Below, in pieces: positions 20,445 to 32,780 of a stretch of DNA of 64,000 nt; the first letter of the stretch is position 1, and each line of letters opens with the position of its first letter. The position numbers were made by a program, and so were the translations under genes. Source of the DNA: Gammaproteobacteria bacterium (GTDB lineage Bacteria > Pseudomonadota > Gammaproteobacteria > SZUA-140). The notes under the pieces were generated by a model, which did not search any database, was not told the DNA's origin, and worked only from the letters and a program-made list of their open reading frames with translations. Location: positions 2,026 through 66,025 of the forward strand of contig JADLCS010000050.1 in assembly GCA_020847075.1 (NCBI GenBank), given 5' to 3'.

Positions 20445-21125
20445 TCAGGGTTCCTCCTGCAACAGGCACAGCGCCTTGCCGGCCGCGTCCTGCTCGGCCC
20501 GGCGCCGGCTGTTCCCTTCACCGGACAGCGCCTGGTCCAGGCTGGCCACCCGGCATTCGACCCGGAACAACTGGGCATGATCCTGGCCTTCGACACTCAG
20601 CACCCGGTATTCCGGCAGCGGCAGGCGGCGCGCCTGGAGATACTCCTGCAAGCGCGTCTTCGGATCCTTGGCCGCCTGGTCCGGAGAAATCCCTTCGATC
20701 TCCGCGCCGAGCACCGTTCGCACCAGCCCGCGGGCGGCCTCGAGCCCCGTCTCCAGGTAGGCCGCCCCGATCAGCGCCTCCAGCGCGCCGGCGAGGATGG
20801 AATCACGGCGGAATCCCCCGCTCTTCATTTCACCCGGCCCCAGCAGCAACTCGTCCCCCAGGTCGAGATCGCGCGCCCGGCGCGCGAGCACTTCGCCATT
20901 GACGAGGTTGGCGCGCAGGCGGCTCAACGCCCCTTCGTCCTCACAGGGAAAACGCGTGTACAGGACCTCGGCGATGATCAGGCTCAGGACCGCGTCCCCC
21001 AGGAATTCCAGGCGTTCGTTGTTGGGATTGCCGTAGCTGCGATGAGTCAGGGCCATGAGCAGCAGGTCCTCGCGCGAGCACGAATACCCGAGCCGGCGGC
21101 ACAGCTTGTCGTGAGAAGGCTTCAA
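20445..21125 (-). CDS. rnc: Ribonuclease III
   Basis: ALTHRSY...NERLEFLGDAVL is the RNase III signature, with a dsRBD at the C-terminus. Confidence 0.94.
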   Translation of the reverse strand: MKPSHDKLCRRLGYSCSREDLLLMALTHRSYGNPNNERLEFLGDAVLSLIIAEVLYTRFPCEDEGALSRLRANLVNGEVLARRARDLDLGDELLLGPGEMKSGGFRRDSILAGALEALIGAAYLETGLEAARGLVRTVLGAEIEGISPDQAAKDPKTRLQEYLQARRLPLPEYRVLSVEGQDHAQLFRVECRVASLDQALSGEGNSRRRAEQDAAGKALCLLQEEP

Positions 21126-21496
21126 TGGCCGGATAATGTCACGCTGTCCTCGAAGGATATCAGCAGGCTGACGTTGCCATAGAACGGCTCCTGCACCTCG
21201 TACTGAATGGTCACCGTCTTCGAACCCGAGTCGCTTCTGATATCGATGTCGTTCTCGCCTACGTGACTCACGTTATTGATCTCCAGCCGTTTGAGCAGGC
21301 GGGAGCGCAGCTCGCCGACCGCCAGCCCCTGCGACTCCTCCTCCGCCAGGGACTGCAGCGACGAGGTGACGCTGAAATGCTCCAGGTACACGGGGGTGAG
21401 TTTGATGCCGATATAGGCGAAAAATCCGATGACCGCCAGCACTATCAACAGGCTGAGAAACGTCAATCCTTCTTGTTTTTTTCCGAATCGCTCCAT
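21122..21496 (-). CDS. DUF4845-type small membrane-anchored protein
   Basis: MERFGKKQEGLTFLSLLIVLAVIGFFAYIG... It occupies the conserved slot between lepB and rnc, as in Pseudomonas. Confidence 0.65.
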   Translation of the reverse strand: MERFGKKQEGLTFLSLLIVLAVIGFFAYIGIKLTPVYLEHFSVTSSLQSLAEEESQGLAVGELRSRLLKRLEINNVSHVGENDIDIRSDSGSKTVTIQYEVQEPFYGNVSLLISFEDSVTLSGH

Positions 21497-21552
21497 ACCC
21501 GGATCTCCCCGACAGGTTGTACCATAGGCGTCCGCAGCGGTGATGACCCCGC

Positions 21553-22379
21553 TCAGTCGAGCAGGCTTCCGATACGGTTCCAGGTGACGCCACCCTTGGC
21601 GGCATCCCAGTTCATCCATATCATAAACGCTTTACCGACCAGATTCTCTTCCGGCACCGTACCCCAGAACCGACTGTCGTTGCTGTTGTCGCGATTGTCT
21701 CCCATCACGAAATAATGGCCTTCCGGCACGACGAACTCCCCTTCGGCGATGTGGCGGCTGTTCTGGATCAGGATCTCGTGCTTGACTTCACCCAATTGCT
21801 CCGTGCGCAGGCTGGCGCCACTCATCCCCAGGCCGGCGCCGACGCCGGCATAGATGCCGACATATTCCTGGACCGCCTTCTCGCCATTGACGTAGACCAT
21901 CTTGTCCTGATAACGGATGTGATCGCCCGGCAGCCCGACGATGCGCTTGATGTAGTCCGTGGCGGGGTCCTTGGGAAAGCGGAACACCACGATGTCGCCT
22001 CGCCGGGGCGCGCCGACATCCACGACCTTGGTGCCCACCAGCGGCAGGCGGATGCCATAGGAGAATTTGTTGACCAGGATGAAATCCCCCGCCAGCAGGG
22101 TCGGCATCATCGACCCCGAGGGGATACGGAACGGCTCGACCAGGAACGAGCGCAGGACCAGAACGACCAGGATGATCGGGAAAAAGGAACGCGCGTATTC
22201 CACCAGCAGCGGTTCCTTGCGGATCCGCTGGATCCGATCCTCGCTCGCCTCCTGGCTTCCGCCCTGCGCCAGCGCCGTGGCGGCGCGCTCGCGGCGCGGC
22301 CGCAGCGCATAGGCATCGAACGCCCAGATCAGGCCCGTCACGAGCAGGGCCAGCACCATTACGGCTTGAAAGTCGAAGT

Positions 22380-22383
<4 letters not shown>
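21553..22383 (-). CDS. lepB: Signal peptidase I
   Basis: [33 protein letters not shown] and [14 protein letters not shown] are conserved boxes. Confidence 0.94.
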
Positions 22384-24176
<1,793 letters not shown>

Positions 24177-24199
24177 GAATGGCGAATTCTTCCCGGTCC

Positions 24200-24234
24200 A
24201 TAAAAAGTAAAGGGGAGCGCGCTAGGCGCTCCCC
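24200..24234 (-). terminator. Rho-independent terminator after the degP-like gene
   Basis: GGGGAGCGC-ctagc-GCGCTCCCC on the minus strand (24234-24212), followed by TTTACTTTTTAT. Confidence 0.7.
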
Positions 24235-24269
24235 GGGCTATCATAACAGAGCCGGAAATGATCAGACAG

Positions 24270-25736
24270 TTACTGTTTGGAATCCTCTTCCAGCTTCAGC
24301 GCGAGGAAGATCGGGCTGCCGCGGCGCTGCACCAGGATCGGCACTGCCTTCCCGGCCGGCAGATCGGCTACCAGCTTCTTGAACTGCTCCACCGTCCCCA
24401 CCTCGGCGTTGTTGAACTGCAGGATGATGTCGCCCCGGCGCATCCCGGCCCTGGACGCCGGCCCGCTCTCGATCCCGTCGACCAGGACACCGCCCTTGCC
24501 GTCCAGTTGCTGTTTCTGCTCCGGGGTCAGCTCCACCACCGAGACCGCCAGCCGCTTGATCCGGGTACCGTTGGCGTCGCCGCTTTCCGCGGCCAGATCG
24601 AGCTCGCCCTCCTCCGGCAGTTCACTGATGGTGACCTTGAGGGTCAGCGACTTGCCCTTGCGAATGACCTTGAGGGGCACCTTGCCCCCGACCTTGGATA
24701 CGCCGACCATGGGCGGCAGGGCCCCCGAACTCTCGACCTCCTTGCCGTCGAATTCGACGATGACGTCGCCCACCTCGATGCCGGCCTTCTGCGCCGGGCT
24801 GTCGGGCAGCACGCGCGCCACCAGCGCGCCGATCGGCTTGGACATGCCGAAGGATTCCGCCAGCGTGCGGTCCACGTCCTGGATGAGGATACCCAACCAG
24901 CCGCGCGTGACATGCCCCGCGCTGCGCAACTGATCCACCACGCTCATCGCGATGTCGATCGGAATCGCAAACGACAGACCCATGAACCCGCCGGTGCGGC
25001 TGAAGATCTGGGAGTTCACCCCGACGACCTCTCCATCCATGTTGAACAACGGACCGCCCGAGTTACCGGGATTGATCGCGACGTCGGTCTGGATGAACGG
25101 CACATAATTCTCGTTGGGCAGACTTCTGCCCTTGGCGCTCACGATGCCCGCCGTCACCGAGTGCTCGAAGCCGAACGGAGAGCCGATCGCCAACACCCAG
25201 CTCCCGACCTTGAGGGCGGCGGAACTGCCGATCTTGACCACCGGCAGATTGTCGGCGTCGATCTTGAGCAGCGCGACATCGCTGTTCTTGTCGCTGCCCA
25301 CCACCTCGGCGACGAACTCGCGCCGGTCGCTGAGCCGGACGACGATCTCGTCCGCGTCCCGGATCACGTGATTATTGGTCAGGACATAGCCGTCCTTCGA
25401 AATGACGAAACCGGAGCCGAGGGACTTTTCGTCGAACTCCTCGGCGGGACCGCTGCCGTCCCCGCCGCGCTCGCCGAAAAAGCGCCGCAGGAAATCGTCG
25501 AAGGGCTGCTGCTGATCCGGCATCGCCTCTTCATGCGGGTTACGGAATCGCTCCTGCTTGATCTTGGTCGTGGTGCTGATATTCACCACCGCCGGGCTGC
25601 TCTGCTCCACCAGCTCGGTAAAATCGGGCAGATCCTTGATCGCTGCGCCGGCTCCCGTGGCAACCGTCATCAGTATCAGCATGGCCCCGCTCAACGACAG
25701 CCACCGCACCTTCACTCGACCCGCGTTATGATTCAT
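24270..25736 (-). CDS. degP: Periplasmic serine endoprotease DegP/MucD family (two PDZ domains)
   Basis: Signal peptide, HV...D...TDVAINPGNSGGPL catalytic triad context, and two PDZ-like segments. Start at the ATG at 25736. Confidence 0.92.
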   Translation of the reverse strand: MNHNAGRVKVRWLSLSGAMLILMTVATGAGAAIKDLPDFTELVEQSSPAVVNISTTTKIKQERFRNPHEEAMPDQQQPFDDFLRRFFGERGGDGSGPAEEFDEKSLGSGFVISKDGYVLTNNHVIRDADEIVVRLSDRREFVAEVVGSDKNSDVALLKIDADNLPVVKIGSSAALKVGSWVLAIGSPFGFEHSVTAGIVSAKGRSLPNENYVPFIQTDVAINPGNSGGPLFNMDGEVVGVNSQIFSRTGGFMGLSFAIPIDIAMSVVDQLRSAGHVTRGWLGILIQDVDRTLAESFGMSKPIGALVARVLPDSPAQKAGIEVGDVIVEFDGKEVESSGALPPMVGVSKVGGKVPLKVIRKGKSLTLKVTISELPEEGELDLAAESGDANGTRIKRLAVSVVELTPEQKQQLDGKGGVLVDGIESGPASRAGMRRGDIILQFNNAEVGTVEQFKKLVADLPAGKAVPILVQRRGSPIFLALKLEEDSKQ

Positions 25737-25770
25737 GAACACTCCTGTTTCGTTGTACCATTCCATCAGC

Positions 25771-26286
25771 TCAAATCTTGCGCCGGTAATCGCGCGCGAT
25801 GTCGCCGACCGCGATCTTGTGGCTGGTGGCCTCGGGCTCGTCCGCGAAACCGATCAGGCGGGGCTGATGACGGGCATCCTGCGCGACGGCCTGACTATAG
25901 CGACGCATCCAGGCCAGGCCCGCCAGGAGACCCAGCACGCCGCATACCGCCGTCGCCCCTTCCTTCGACTGCCACGACAGAGTGTCGTTCAACAGCCCTC
26001 CCGCGACACCGCCCAGCAACAGGAAGATCAGCGGCATGGCATACACGGCGAATGAACTCCGCACCAGCGCCCCGTCCTCGAGGCCGAGCGTGACCAGGTC
26101 ACCGTTCCGGGCCCCGATCGTGTTGATCACACGGATACGGCTGGCGCGATTTCCGAGCACCTTGGCGAGCACCCCCGTGCCGCACCCCTTCTGTACGGCG
26201 CAACTGCCACAGGTGGTCTTGCGCTGGGTTTCCACCCAAGCGTGTTCGCCTTCCGTCGAGACGACCCTTGCCGTTTCCGTCATCAT
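25771..26286 (-). CDS. rseC: RseC/MucC family protein
   Basis: N-terminal CGSCAVQKGCGTG cysteine motif plus two TM helices. Position in the rpoE operon fits. Confidence 0.8.
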   Translation of the reverse strand: MMTETARVVSTEGEHAWVETQRKTTCGSCAVQKGCGTGVLAKVLGNRASRIRVINTIGARNGDLVTLGLEDGALVRSSFAVYAMPLIFLLLGGVAGGLLNDTLSWQSKEGATAVCGVLGLLAGLAWMRRYSQAVAQDARHQPRLIGFADEPEATSHKIAVGDIARDYRRKI

Positions 26287-26460
26287 ATCCGCGCTACCGA
26301 TATCATCGTGTGACTGTCATACGGCCCCGCGGTTCCCTCCGCGGACGCAGGCCATTGCATGGCTTCGACGAACCGTGCCTGGCGTCGATGGGAGGAAACT
26401 CCGGAGAAGGGATGGCGCAATGTGTGGGCGGAAAAGCGGCGCGGCAGGCCGTCGCGGGCT

Positions 26461-27168
26461 CTAACGCCCGGATCCGTAACCGACCAGCTGGACATAGGAC
26501 AGCATCGTCTGGGTGTCCGCCGCCCCGGGCGCATAGCGGTGGGAATTCACCAGATAGTCGTACAGATCGGTCGCCGCCGGAGAGGCGTCGTTCACCGCCA
26601 CGCTGGAACGGCGCGGGGCGGCCTGTTCCGCGGGCTTGGCGGCGGCGAGCACGGTGACGACCGGCGGTTGTTTCACCGTCGCCGATACGGACGCCGTCTG
26701 CGCCGTCGCGGGGGTCTGCGGCACGACCGCGAAGGTCGCCGCCTGCTGCGGCAACGGCGGCGCGATGGCCGCGACGGTCATCGCGGTGGACGGTTGCGGC
26801 GCGTTGTTCAATTCCATCACGCCCACCCCGAAGACCGTAATGGCGGACAGGGAAGCGGCCAGGGCGAAGCCCAACGTGGCCCGGGTTCGGGATGGAGTTC
26901 TGAGAACGGTCGGAGCGGAGGAGTGGCGGCGGTGCGGATTGAAGTGGAGCGGTTCGTGTTCGAGGGCCAGCGTGACGCATCCGGCCAGATCCCGCGGCAG
27001 ATGTCGCGGCAGGTTGCGCTGCAGGGCATCCCGGATCAGATGGTAGTTGCGCCAACGCTCCCCCGCCGTCTCATCCTCTTTCATCGCCCGGATGACACAC
27101 GACATGTCGCATTCGTCGAGTTCGCCATCGATCAGCAGGGAGACCTTGTCCGCGTTTTTCTCCATCAT
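26461..27168 (-). CDS. rseA: Anti-sigma-E factor RseA/MucA
   Basis: LLIDGELDECDMSCVIRAMKEDETAGERWRNYHLIRDAL is an RseA_N domain. One TM helix and a periplasmic tail follow. It lies directly after rpoE. Confidence 0.85.
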   Translation of the reverse strand: MMEKNADKVSLLIDGELDECDMSCVIRAMKEDETAGERWRNYHLIRDALQRNLPRHLPRDLAGCVTLALEHEPLHFNPHRRHSSAPTVLRTPSRTRATLGFALAASLSAITVFGVGVMELNNAPQPSTAMTVAAIAPPLPQQAATFAVVPQTPATAQTASVSATVKQPPVVTVLAAAKPAEQAAPRRSSVAVNDASPAATDLYDYLVNSHRYAPGAADTQTMLSYVQLVGYGSGR

Positions 27169-27202
27169 GGGCAACACCTGTCTTATGGTTATTGGAACGT
27201 CT

Positions 27203-27778
27203 TCAATCCAGCAGCGGCTTGAGCTTGCCGTTGATGACCTCGCGCGCGCGGAATATGCGCGAACGCACAGTGCCCACCGGGCAATTCATCCGCTCGGCGA
27301 TCTCCTCGTAGCTCAGGCCGTCGAGCTCGCGCAGGGTGATCGCCATGCGCAGATCCTCCGGCAGCTTTTCGATGGCACTGCGCACCGTATTCTCGATCTC
27401 GTCCCTGGCCAGGAGGTGCTCGGGGGTAGCGTATTCCTTCAATTCGGATTCGCCCTCGAGATACCCCGCTTCCTCCGCATCGATGTCCACACTGGGCGGC
27501 CGCCGGCCTTGAGACACCAGATAGTTCTTTGCCGTGTTGACGCCGATGCGGTACAACCACGTATAAAACGCGCTCTCGCCGCGGAAGCTGGGAAGGGCGC
27601 GGTACGCCTTGATGAATGCCTCCTGCGCTACGTCCATAACTTCACTCTGATCATAGACATAGCGCGATATCAATTTAGTGAGCCTATATTGATATTTCTG
27701 TACAAGGATATCAAACGCTTTCTTGTCGCCATTCTGAACACGTTCGACCAGTGCCTGGTCAACATTATTATCGCCCAT
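27203..27778 (-). CDS. rpoE: RNA polymerase sigma-E factor
   Basis: DQALVERVQNGDKKAFDILVQKYQYRL...FYTWLYRIGVNTAKNYL...LDGLSYEEIAERMNCPVGTVRSRIFRAREVI. Start at the ATG at 27778. Confidence 0.95.
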   Translation of the reverse strand: MGDNNVDQALVERVQNGDKKAFDILVQKYQYRLTKLISRYVYDQSEVMDVAQEAFIKAYRALPSFRGESAFYTWLYRIGVNTAKNYLVSQGRRPPSVDIDAEEAGYLEGESELKEYATPEHLLARDEIENTVRSAIEKLPEDLRMAITLRELDGLSYEEIAERMNCPVGTVRSRIFRAREVINGKLKPLLD

Positions 27779-27824
27779 CCGGGCTGGCCCCTCCCGCAAA
27801 GGCTGTGACGCCTTGCTCAAGTGG

Positions 27825-27851
27825 TGTGACAGTGTTGTTATCGTTTAGTTC
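27825..27851 (-). promoter_or_regulatory. Candidate sigma-E-type autoregulated promoter
   Basis: The minus strand reads GAACTA (27851-27846), 15 nt, then GTCACA (27830-27825), resembling GGAACTT-N16-TCTAA. A match by eye only. Confidence 0.3.
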
Positions 27852-27988
27852 AGGGTGATTAAGGTTTCTGTTTCAGGCTTTTATGATATATAGCTAGTGC
27901 CTCCCGCGCGAGTGGGTGGGATTTTATCAAAAATTGGCTGTAGAATCAGACATATTATCCAGTTTAATCAAGGTCTAAGGCCCCTCGC

Positions 27989-29623
27989 ATGCACCCCTCC
28001 GGGCATTACGATGTATTGATCATAGGCAGCGGCGCCGCCGGGCTCAGCCTGGCCCTGCGGCTGGCCCCGCAGGCGCGTATCGCCCTGATCTCCAAGGCGG
28101 CCTTGAGGGAAGGGGCCACGCTGTACGCCCAGGGAGGGATCTCGGTGGTGCTCGACAAGGAGGATTCGCTGCAATCCCATGTCGAGGACACCCTCAATGC
28201 CGGCGCCGGTCTGTGCGATCCCGCGGTGGTCGAGTATACCGTCAAACACGCCCGCCGGTGTATCCAGTGGCTGATCGATCAGGGCGTCGCCTTCACCCGC
28301 GCCGACGGCCCCGATACCGGCGCGGATTACCATCTCACCCGCGAAGGCGGCCACAGCCATCGCCGCGTGGTGCATGCCGCCGACGCCACCGGGCGCGCGG
28401 TCGAGACCACGCTGGAACGCCGGGCGCGGGAACACCCCAACATCACCGTCTTCGAATACCATCTCGCCGTGGACCTCATCCGGGAAAAGGCGCTGGACTC
28501 CCCCCGTGGGGGCCGATGCGTGGGGGCGTACCTTCTCGACCTGCGCGACGACAATCGGGTCGCCGTCGTCTCCGCCCGCTGCACCGTGCTCGCCACGGGC
28601 GGGGCCGGCAAGGTCTATCTCTATACCACCAATCCGGACATCGCGAGCGGCGACGGCATCGCCATGGCCTGGCGCGCGGGCTGCCGTGTCGCCAATATGG
28701 AATTCATCCAGTTCCACCCCACCTGCCTCTATCATCCGAAGGCAAAATCGTTCCTGATCACCGAGGCCGTGCGCGGCGAGGGCGGACGCCTGCTGCTGCC
28801 CGACGGCAGCCGCTTCATGGACCGTTTCGATCCGCGCGGCGAGCTCGCCCCGCGCGACATCGTGGCGCGGGCAATCGATCACGAGATGAAGCGTCTGGGC
28901 GTGGAGTGCGTCTATCTCGACATCAGCCATAAACCGGCGGATTTCATCCGCGCGCACTTCCCCACCATCCACAACCGCTGCCTGGAACTCGGCATCGACA
29001 TCACGCGCGAGCCGATACCCGTGGTGCCGGCGGCGCACTACCTGTGCGGCGGCGTCATGACGGACCTGCGCGGCCGCACCGACATCGAAGGCCTGTACGC
29101 GCTTGGCGAGATGACCTTCACCGGTCTGCACGGCGCCAACCGCATGGCCAGCAATTCACTGCTCGAATGCCTGGTGTTCGCGGAGGCGGCCGCCGAGGAC
29201 ATCGCGCACCGGCTGGAGGACTTCGCCCTGCCCGGCCCGCTGCCGGCCTGGGACGAAAGCCAGGTGACGGATTCGGATGAAGAGGTCGTGGTGGCGCACA
29301 ACTGGGACGAGCTGCGCCGTTTCATGTGGGACTACGTCGGCATCGTGCGCACCGACAAGCGGCTGCAGCGGGCCATGCACCGCACCGAACTCCTGAAGCA
29401 GGAGATCGACGAGTACTACGGCAATTTCCGCGTCACGCGCGACCTGCTCGAGCTACGCAACCTGGTCCTGATCGCGGAACTGATCATCCGTTCCGCGCTG
29501 CTGCGCAAGGAGAGCCGCGGACTGCATTACACCCTGGACTACCCGGCGGCGGACCTGGCCCGCACGCCGCATAACACCGTGCTCACCCCGCAACACCGCC
29601 CCGGCCGCGCTCAGCCGGGATAG
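27989..29623 (+). CDS. nadB: L-aspartate oxidase
   Basis: [16 protein letters not shown] (FAD fold) and HYLCGGV..., 544 aa. Divergent from rpoE as in E. coli and Pseudomonas. Confidence 0.95.
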   Translation: MHPSGHYDVLIIGSGAAGLSLALRLAPQARIALISKAALREGATLYAQGGISVVLDKEDSLQSHVEDTLNAGAGLCDPAVVEYTVKHARRCIQWLIDQGVAFTRADGPDTGADYHLTREGGHSHRRVVHAADATGRAVETTLERRAREHPNITVFEYHLAVDLIREKALDSPRGGRCVGAYLLDLRDDNRVAVVSARCTVLATGGAGKVYLYTTNPDIASGDGIAMAWRAGCRVANMEFIQFHPTCLYHPKAKSFLITEAVRGEGGRLLLPDGSRFMDRFDPRGELAPRDIVARAIDHEMKRLGVECVYLDISHKPADFIRAHFPTIHNRCLELGIDITREPIPVVPAAHYLCGGVMTDLRGRTDIEGLYALGEMTFTGLHGANRMASNSLLECLVFAEAAAEDIAHRLEDFALPGPLPAWDESQVTDSDEEVVVAHNWDELRRFMWDYVGIVRTDKRLQRAMHRTELLKQEIDEYYGNFRVTRDLLELRNLVLIAELIIRSALLRKESRGLHYTLDYPAADLARTPHNTVLTPQHRPGRAQPG

Positions 29624-30072
29624 CCCTCCTCCGTCGAACCCGGGCCGTGCAGACCGAGCCGGACGCGCAGGCGGCGATAGGCTTCGCCGTCGAGGCTGTC
29701 CGGCAGCAGGACGACCGAGCCGCGGCGTTCTCCGGAGAAATTGAGCACGGTCAGCGCGGGATGCACGTGGGAATCCGCCCGCAGCCGGCACACCCGCTCC
29801 CCTCCGCCGCGCTCGAACAGACGCCAGTCCCCGTCCCGGGTCCACACCAGGGCCACGATGTCGCGTCCGCCCCGCATCAGCACGCGGGACGCATAACTCC
29901 GCGCGAAGCAGAGCACGATTAGAAGGGCGAGCAGGCCGCCCGCGGCCGCGCCCAACGGGAGCCACAGGAGGAGCGCCAGCGCCCCGCCGTGCGTCAGGGC
30001 CAGGTACGCGGCGAGCCGGCGCGACGGGTGCAGCTCAAGCCGCAGCGGCGCCGCGTATCTTGACGATGACAT
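29611..30072 (-). CDS. YgfX/CptA-like inner-membrane protein
   Basis: Two TM helices, then ...[18 protein letters not shown] (compare E. coli YgfX ...AADSMDEAEWRDLRRIL). It lies immediately after sdhE. Confidence 0.7.
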   Translation of the reverse strand: MSSSRYAAPLRLELHPSRRLAAYLALTHGGALALLLWLPLGAAAGGLLALLIVLCFARSYASRVLMRGGRDIVALVWTRDGDWRLFERGGGERVCRLRADSHVHPALTVLNFSGERRGSVVLLPDSLDGEAYRRLRVRLGLHGPGSTEEGYPG

Positions 30073-30298
30073 CGCGTATCTCCCGGTCGCCCGGAGCCAG
30101 CGACCCGAGCAGATACTCCAGCAGCAACGGATCCGGATAGTCCAGCAGGCGTTGGAACGCGGCCCGCTCGGCGCCCGGGGCGTCGTCGTAGGCGTGATCG
30201 AGGAACCCCTGCAGCAGCAGGTCCAGTTCCCGCATGCCGCGCCGGCACTGCCAGCGCAGTCGCGCGCGCTCCCGCGCCGGCTCCGGGGCGCCGCTCAT
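30035..30298 (-). CDS. sdhE: FAD assembly factor SdhE
   Basis: RLRWQCRRGMRELDLLLQGF contains the RGxxE motif. 87 aa. ATGA overlap with the sdhB stop. Confidence 0.88.
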   Translation of the reverse strand: MSGAPEPARERARLRWQCRRGMRELDLLLQGFLDHAYDDAPGAERAAFQRLLDYPDPLLLEYLLGSLAPGDREIRDVIVKIRGAAAA

Positions 30299-30999
30299 AT
30301 GAACTGCTTCAGCATCATCTGCTTGATCTCGCCGATGGCGCGGGTGGGATTGAGCCCCTTGGGACAGACCTGCACGCAGTTCATGATGGTGTGACAGCGG
30401 AACAGCTTGTAGGCGTCCTCCAGTCCGTCGAGCCGTTCCTCCGTCGCCTGGTCGCGGCTGTCCGCGAGGAAACGCCGCGCCTGCAGCAGCGCGGCGGGCC
30501 CGAGGAATTTGTCCGGATTCCACCAGAACGACGGGCAGGCGGTGGAACAACAGGCGCACAGCACGCATTCGTACAGGCCGTCGAGCCGCTCGCGTTCGGC
30601 CGGACTCTGGCGGAACTCGACCTCGGGGCTCGGATCGTGGTTGATCAGGTAGGGCTTGACCGCACGGTACTGGCGGTAAAACTGTTCCATGTCGACGACC
30701 AGGTCACGGATCACCGGCAGGCCCGGCAACGGCCGGACCTCGACCGGCTGCCCGAGGCCCTCGAGCGGGGTGATGCAGGCGAGGCCATTACGGCCGTTGA
30801 TGTTCATCCCGTCCGAGCCGCACACCCCCTCGCCGCAGGAATGCCGGTAGCTCAGCGTCTCGTCCTGCGCCTTGATGCGCGCCAGGGCGTCGAGCAGCAT
30901 CATGCCCGGCGCGAGGCCATCGACCTCGTAGTCGCGCATGGAGGGCCCGGCGTCGGTCTCCGGATTGTAGCGGTACACGGAAAAACGCATGCGTTCCAT
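30295..30999 (-). CDS. sdhB: Succinate dehydrogenase iron-sulfur subunit
   Basis: SCGEGVCGSDGMNINGRNGLAC, CVLCACCSTACPSFWWN and CHTIMNCVQVCPKGL are the cluster motifs. Confidence 0.95.
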   Translation of the reverse strand: MERMRFSVYRYNPETDAGPSMRDYEVDGLAPGMMLLDALARIKAQDETLSYRHSCGEGVCGSDGMNINGRNGLACITPLEGLGQPVEVRPLPGLPVIRDLVVDMEQFYRQYRAVKPYLINHDPSPEVEFRQSPAERERLDGLYECVLCACCSTACPSFWWNPDKFLGPAALLQARRFLADSRDQATEERLDGLEDAYKLFRCHTIMNCVQVCPKGLNPTRAIGEIKQMMLKQFI

Positions 31000-31001
31000 G
31001 A

Positions 31002-32780
31002 TCAATACACCCTGGGTTGCGGCGGAAACGGCTCCACCGTCCGCGGCTTCATGCGCACCGGCTTGTAATCCAGCGCGCCGCCGTCCCTGAAATACAAGGA
31101 ATGCTTCAGCCAGTGCTCGTCGTCGCGCCGGGGGTAATCGATGCGCGAATGGGCGCCCCGACTCTCCCGGCGCGCCAGCGCCGAACTCACCGCGGCCAGT
31201 GCCACGTCCATCAGGTTTTCCAGCTCCAGCGCCTCGATGCGGGCGGTATTGAAGACGCGGCTGCGGTCGCTCAGGGTGACCTGCTGCAATCTCCGTTCCA
31301 GCTCGCGCACCTCGAGGACACCCTGTTGCAGCACCTCCTCGGTGCGGAACACCCCGCAATGCCGTTCCATGACGCGTTGCAGCTCCGACCGCAAGCCACT
31401 CACCGTCTCGCCGCCGCGCCGTTCGTCCCAACGTGCCAACCGGGCGAGCGGTTGCTCGATCGACTCCGGATCGAGCGGACGGTGATAACGCGCCTCCTTC
31501 AGATACTCGATGATGTGATTGCCCGCCGCGCGGCCGAACACCACGATGTCGAGCAGCGAGTTGCCGCCGAGGCGGTTGGCGCCGTGCACCGATACGCAAG
31601 CGCACTCCCCCACCGCGTACAGACCGATCACGGGCTCCTCGGGGCCCTGCCGTTCCGGCGCCACCACCTGCCCGAAACGATTGGTCGGGATGCCCCCCAT
31701 CGTATAGTGGCAGGTCGGAAACACCGGTACGGGCGCCGTCACCGGATCGATGCGCAGGAAGGTCCCGACCATGGACTGGATACCGGGCAGGCGCTGGTGG
31801 ATCACGTCGGCGCCGAGGTGTTCGAGCCTGAGCAGGACATGGTCGCCTTCTGGCCCGCAGCCGCGCCCCTCGCGGACCTCGGTCGCGATCGCCCGGCTCA
31901 CCACGTCGCGGCTGGCGAGATCCTTCGCGTGCGGCGCGTAGCGCTCCATGAAGCGCTCGCCCTCGCGGTTGACGAGATAGCCGCCCTCGCCGCGCGCGGC
32001 CTCGGAGATCAGCATGCCCTTGCCAGCGATGCCGGTCGGATGGAACTGGACGAACTCCATGTCCTGCAGCGGGATACCGGCGCGCAGCGCCATCGCCATG
32101 CCGTCACCGGTGTTGATGTGCGCATTCGTATTGGTGCGGTAGAGCTGTCCGGCGCCGCCGGTCGCGAGCAGCGTCGTCTTGGCCTCGATCACCAGCGGTT
32201 CGCCGGTCTCGATACACAACACCAGCGCGCCGAGGATATAACCCTCGCGATCCTTGAGCAGATCGAGGGCGAAATACTCGTCGAAGAAATGCGTCCTGGC
32301 GCGGATGTTCTGCTGATAGAGCGCGTGCAGGATGGCGTGGCCGGTGCGATCCGCGGCGGCGCAGGTGCGCGCGGCCTGCTCGCCGCCGAAGTTCTGGCTC
32401 TGGCCGCCGAAGGGGCGCTGATAGATCTTACCGTTGTCCAGACGCGAGAACGGCACGCCGAAGTGTTCCAGTTCGATCACCAGCCGCGCGGCCGCGCGAC
32501 ACATGTACTCGATGGCGTCCTGGTCACCCAGCCAGTCGCCGCCCTTGACGGTATCGTACATATGCCAGTGCCAGTTGTCGGGCAGCACATTGGCGAGCGC
32601 TGCGTTCATCCCGCCCTGGGCGGCGACGGTATGGGAACGCGTCGGAAAGACCTTGGAGACTACCGCCACCGAGGCATCCGCCTGCGCCAGTTGCAGCGCG
32701 GCGCGCAGGCCGCCCCCGCCCGCGCCGATGACCAGGGTATCGAAGCGGCGGCGTTCCACCTCCTGGCCTCGGGCGTTCAT
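31002..32780 (-). CDS. sdhA: Succinate dehydrogenase flavoprotein subunit
   Basis: FDTLVIGAGGGGLRAAL...SHTVAAQGG... (His for covalent FAD). 592 aa from the ATG at 32780. Confidence 0.95.
   Translation of the reverse strand: MNARGQEVERRRFDTLVIGAGGGGLRAALQLAQADASVAVVSKVFPTRSHTVAAQGGMNAALANVLPDNWHWHMYDTVKGGDWLGDQDAIEYMCRAAARLVIELEHFGVPFSRLDNGKIYQRPFGGQSQNFGGEQAARTCAAADRTGHAILHALYQQNIRARTHFFDEYFALDLLKDREGYILGALVLCIETGEPLVIEAKTTLLATGGAGQLYRTNTNAHINTGDGMAMALRAGIPLQDMEFVQFHPTGIAGKGMLISEAARGEGGYLVNREGERFMERYAPHAKDLASRDVVSRAIATEVREGRGCGPEGDHVLLRLEHLGADVIHQRLPGIQSMVGTFLRIDPVTAPVPVFPTCHYTMGGIPTNRFGQVVAPERQGPEEPVIGLYAVGECACVSVHGANRLGGNSLLDIVVFGRAAGNHIIEYLKEARYHRPLDPESIEQPLARLARWDERRGGETVSGLRSELQRVMERHCGVFRTEEVLQQGVLEVRELERRLQQVTLSDRSRVFNTARIEALELENLMDVALAAVSSALARRESRGAHSRIDYPRRDDEHWLKHSLYFRDGGALDYKPVRMKPRTVEPFPPQPRVY

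Noticed and set aside
26287-26460. Possible rseB/mucB remnant in the rseA-rseC gap.
   Set aside because: It is only 174 bp, has no ORF, and no residue pattern I could relate to RseB. It is treated as intergenic, and the absence is reported as a finding instead.
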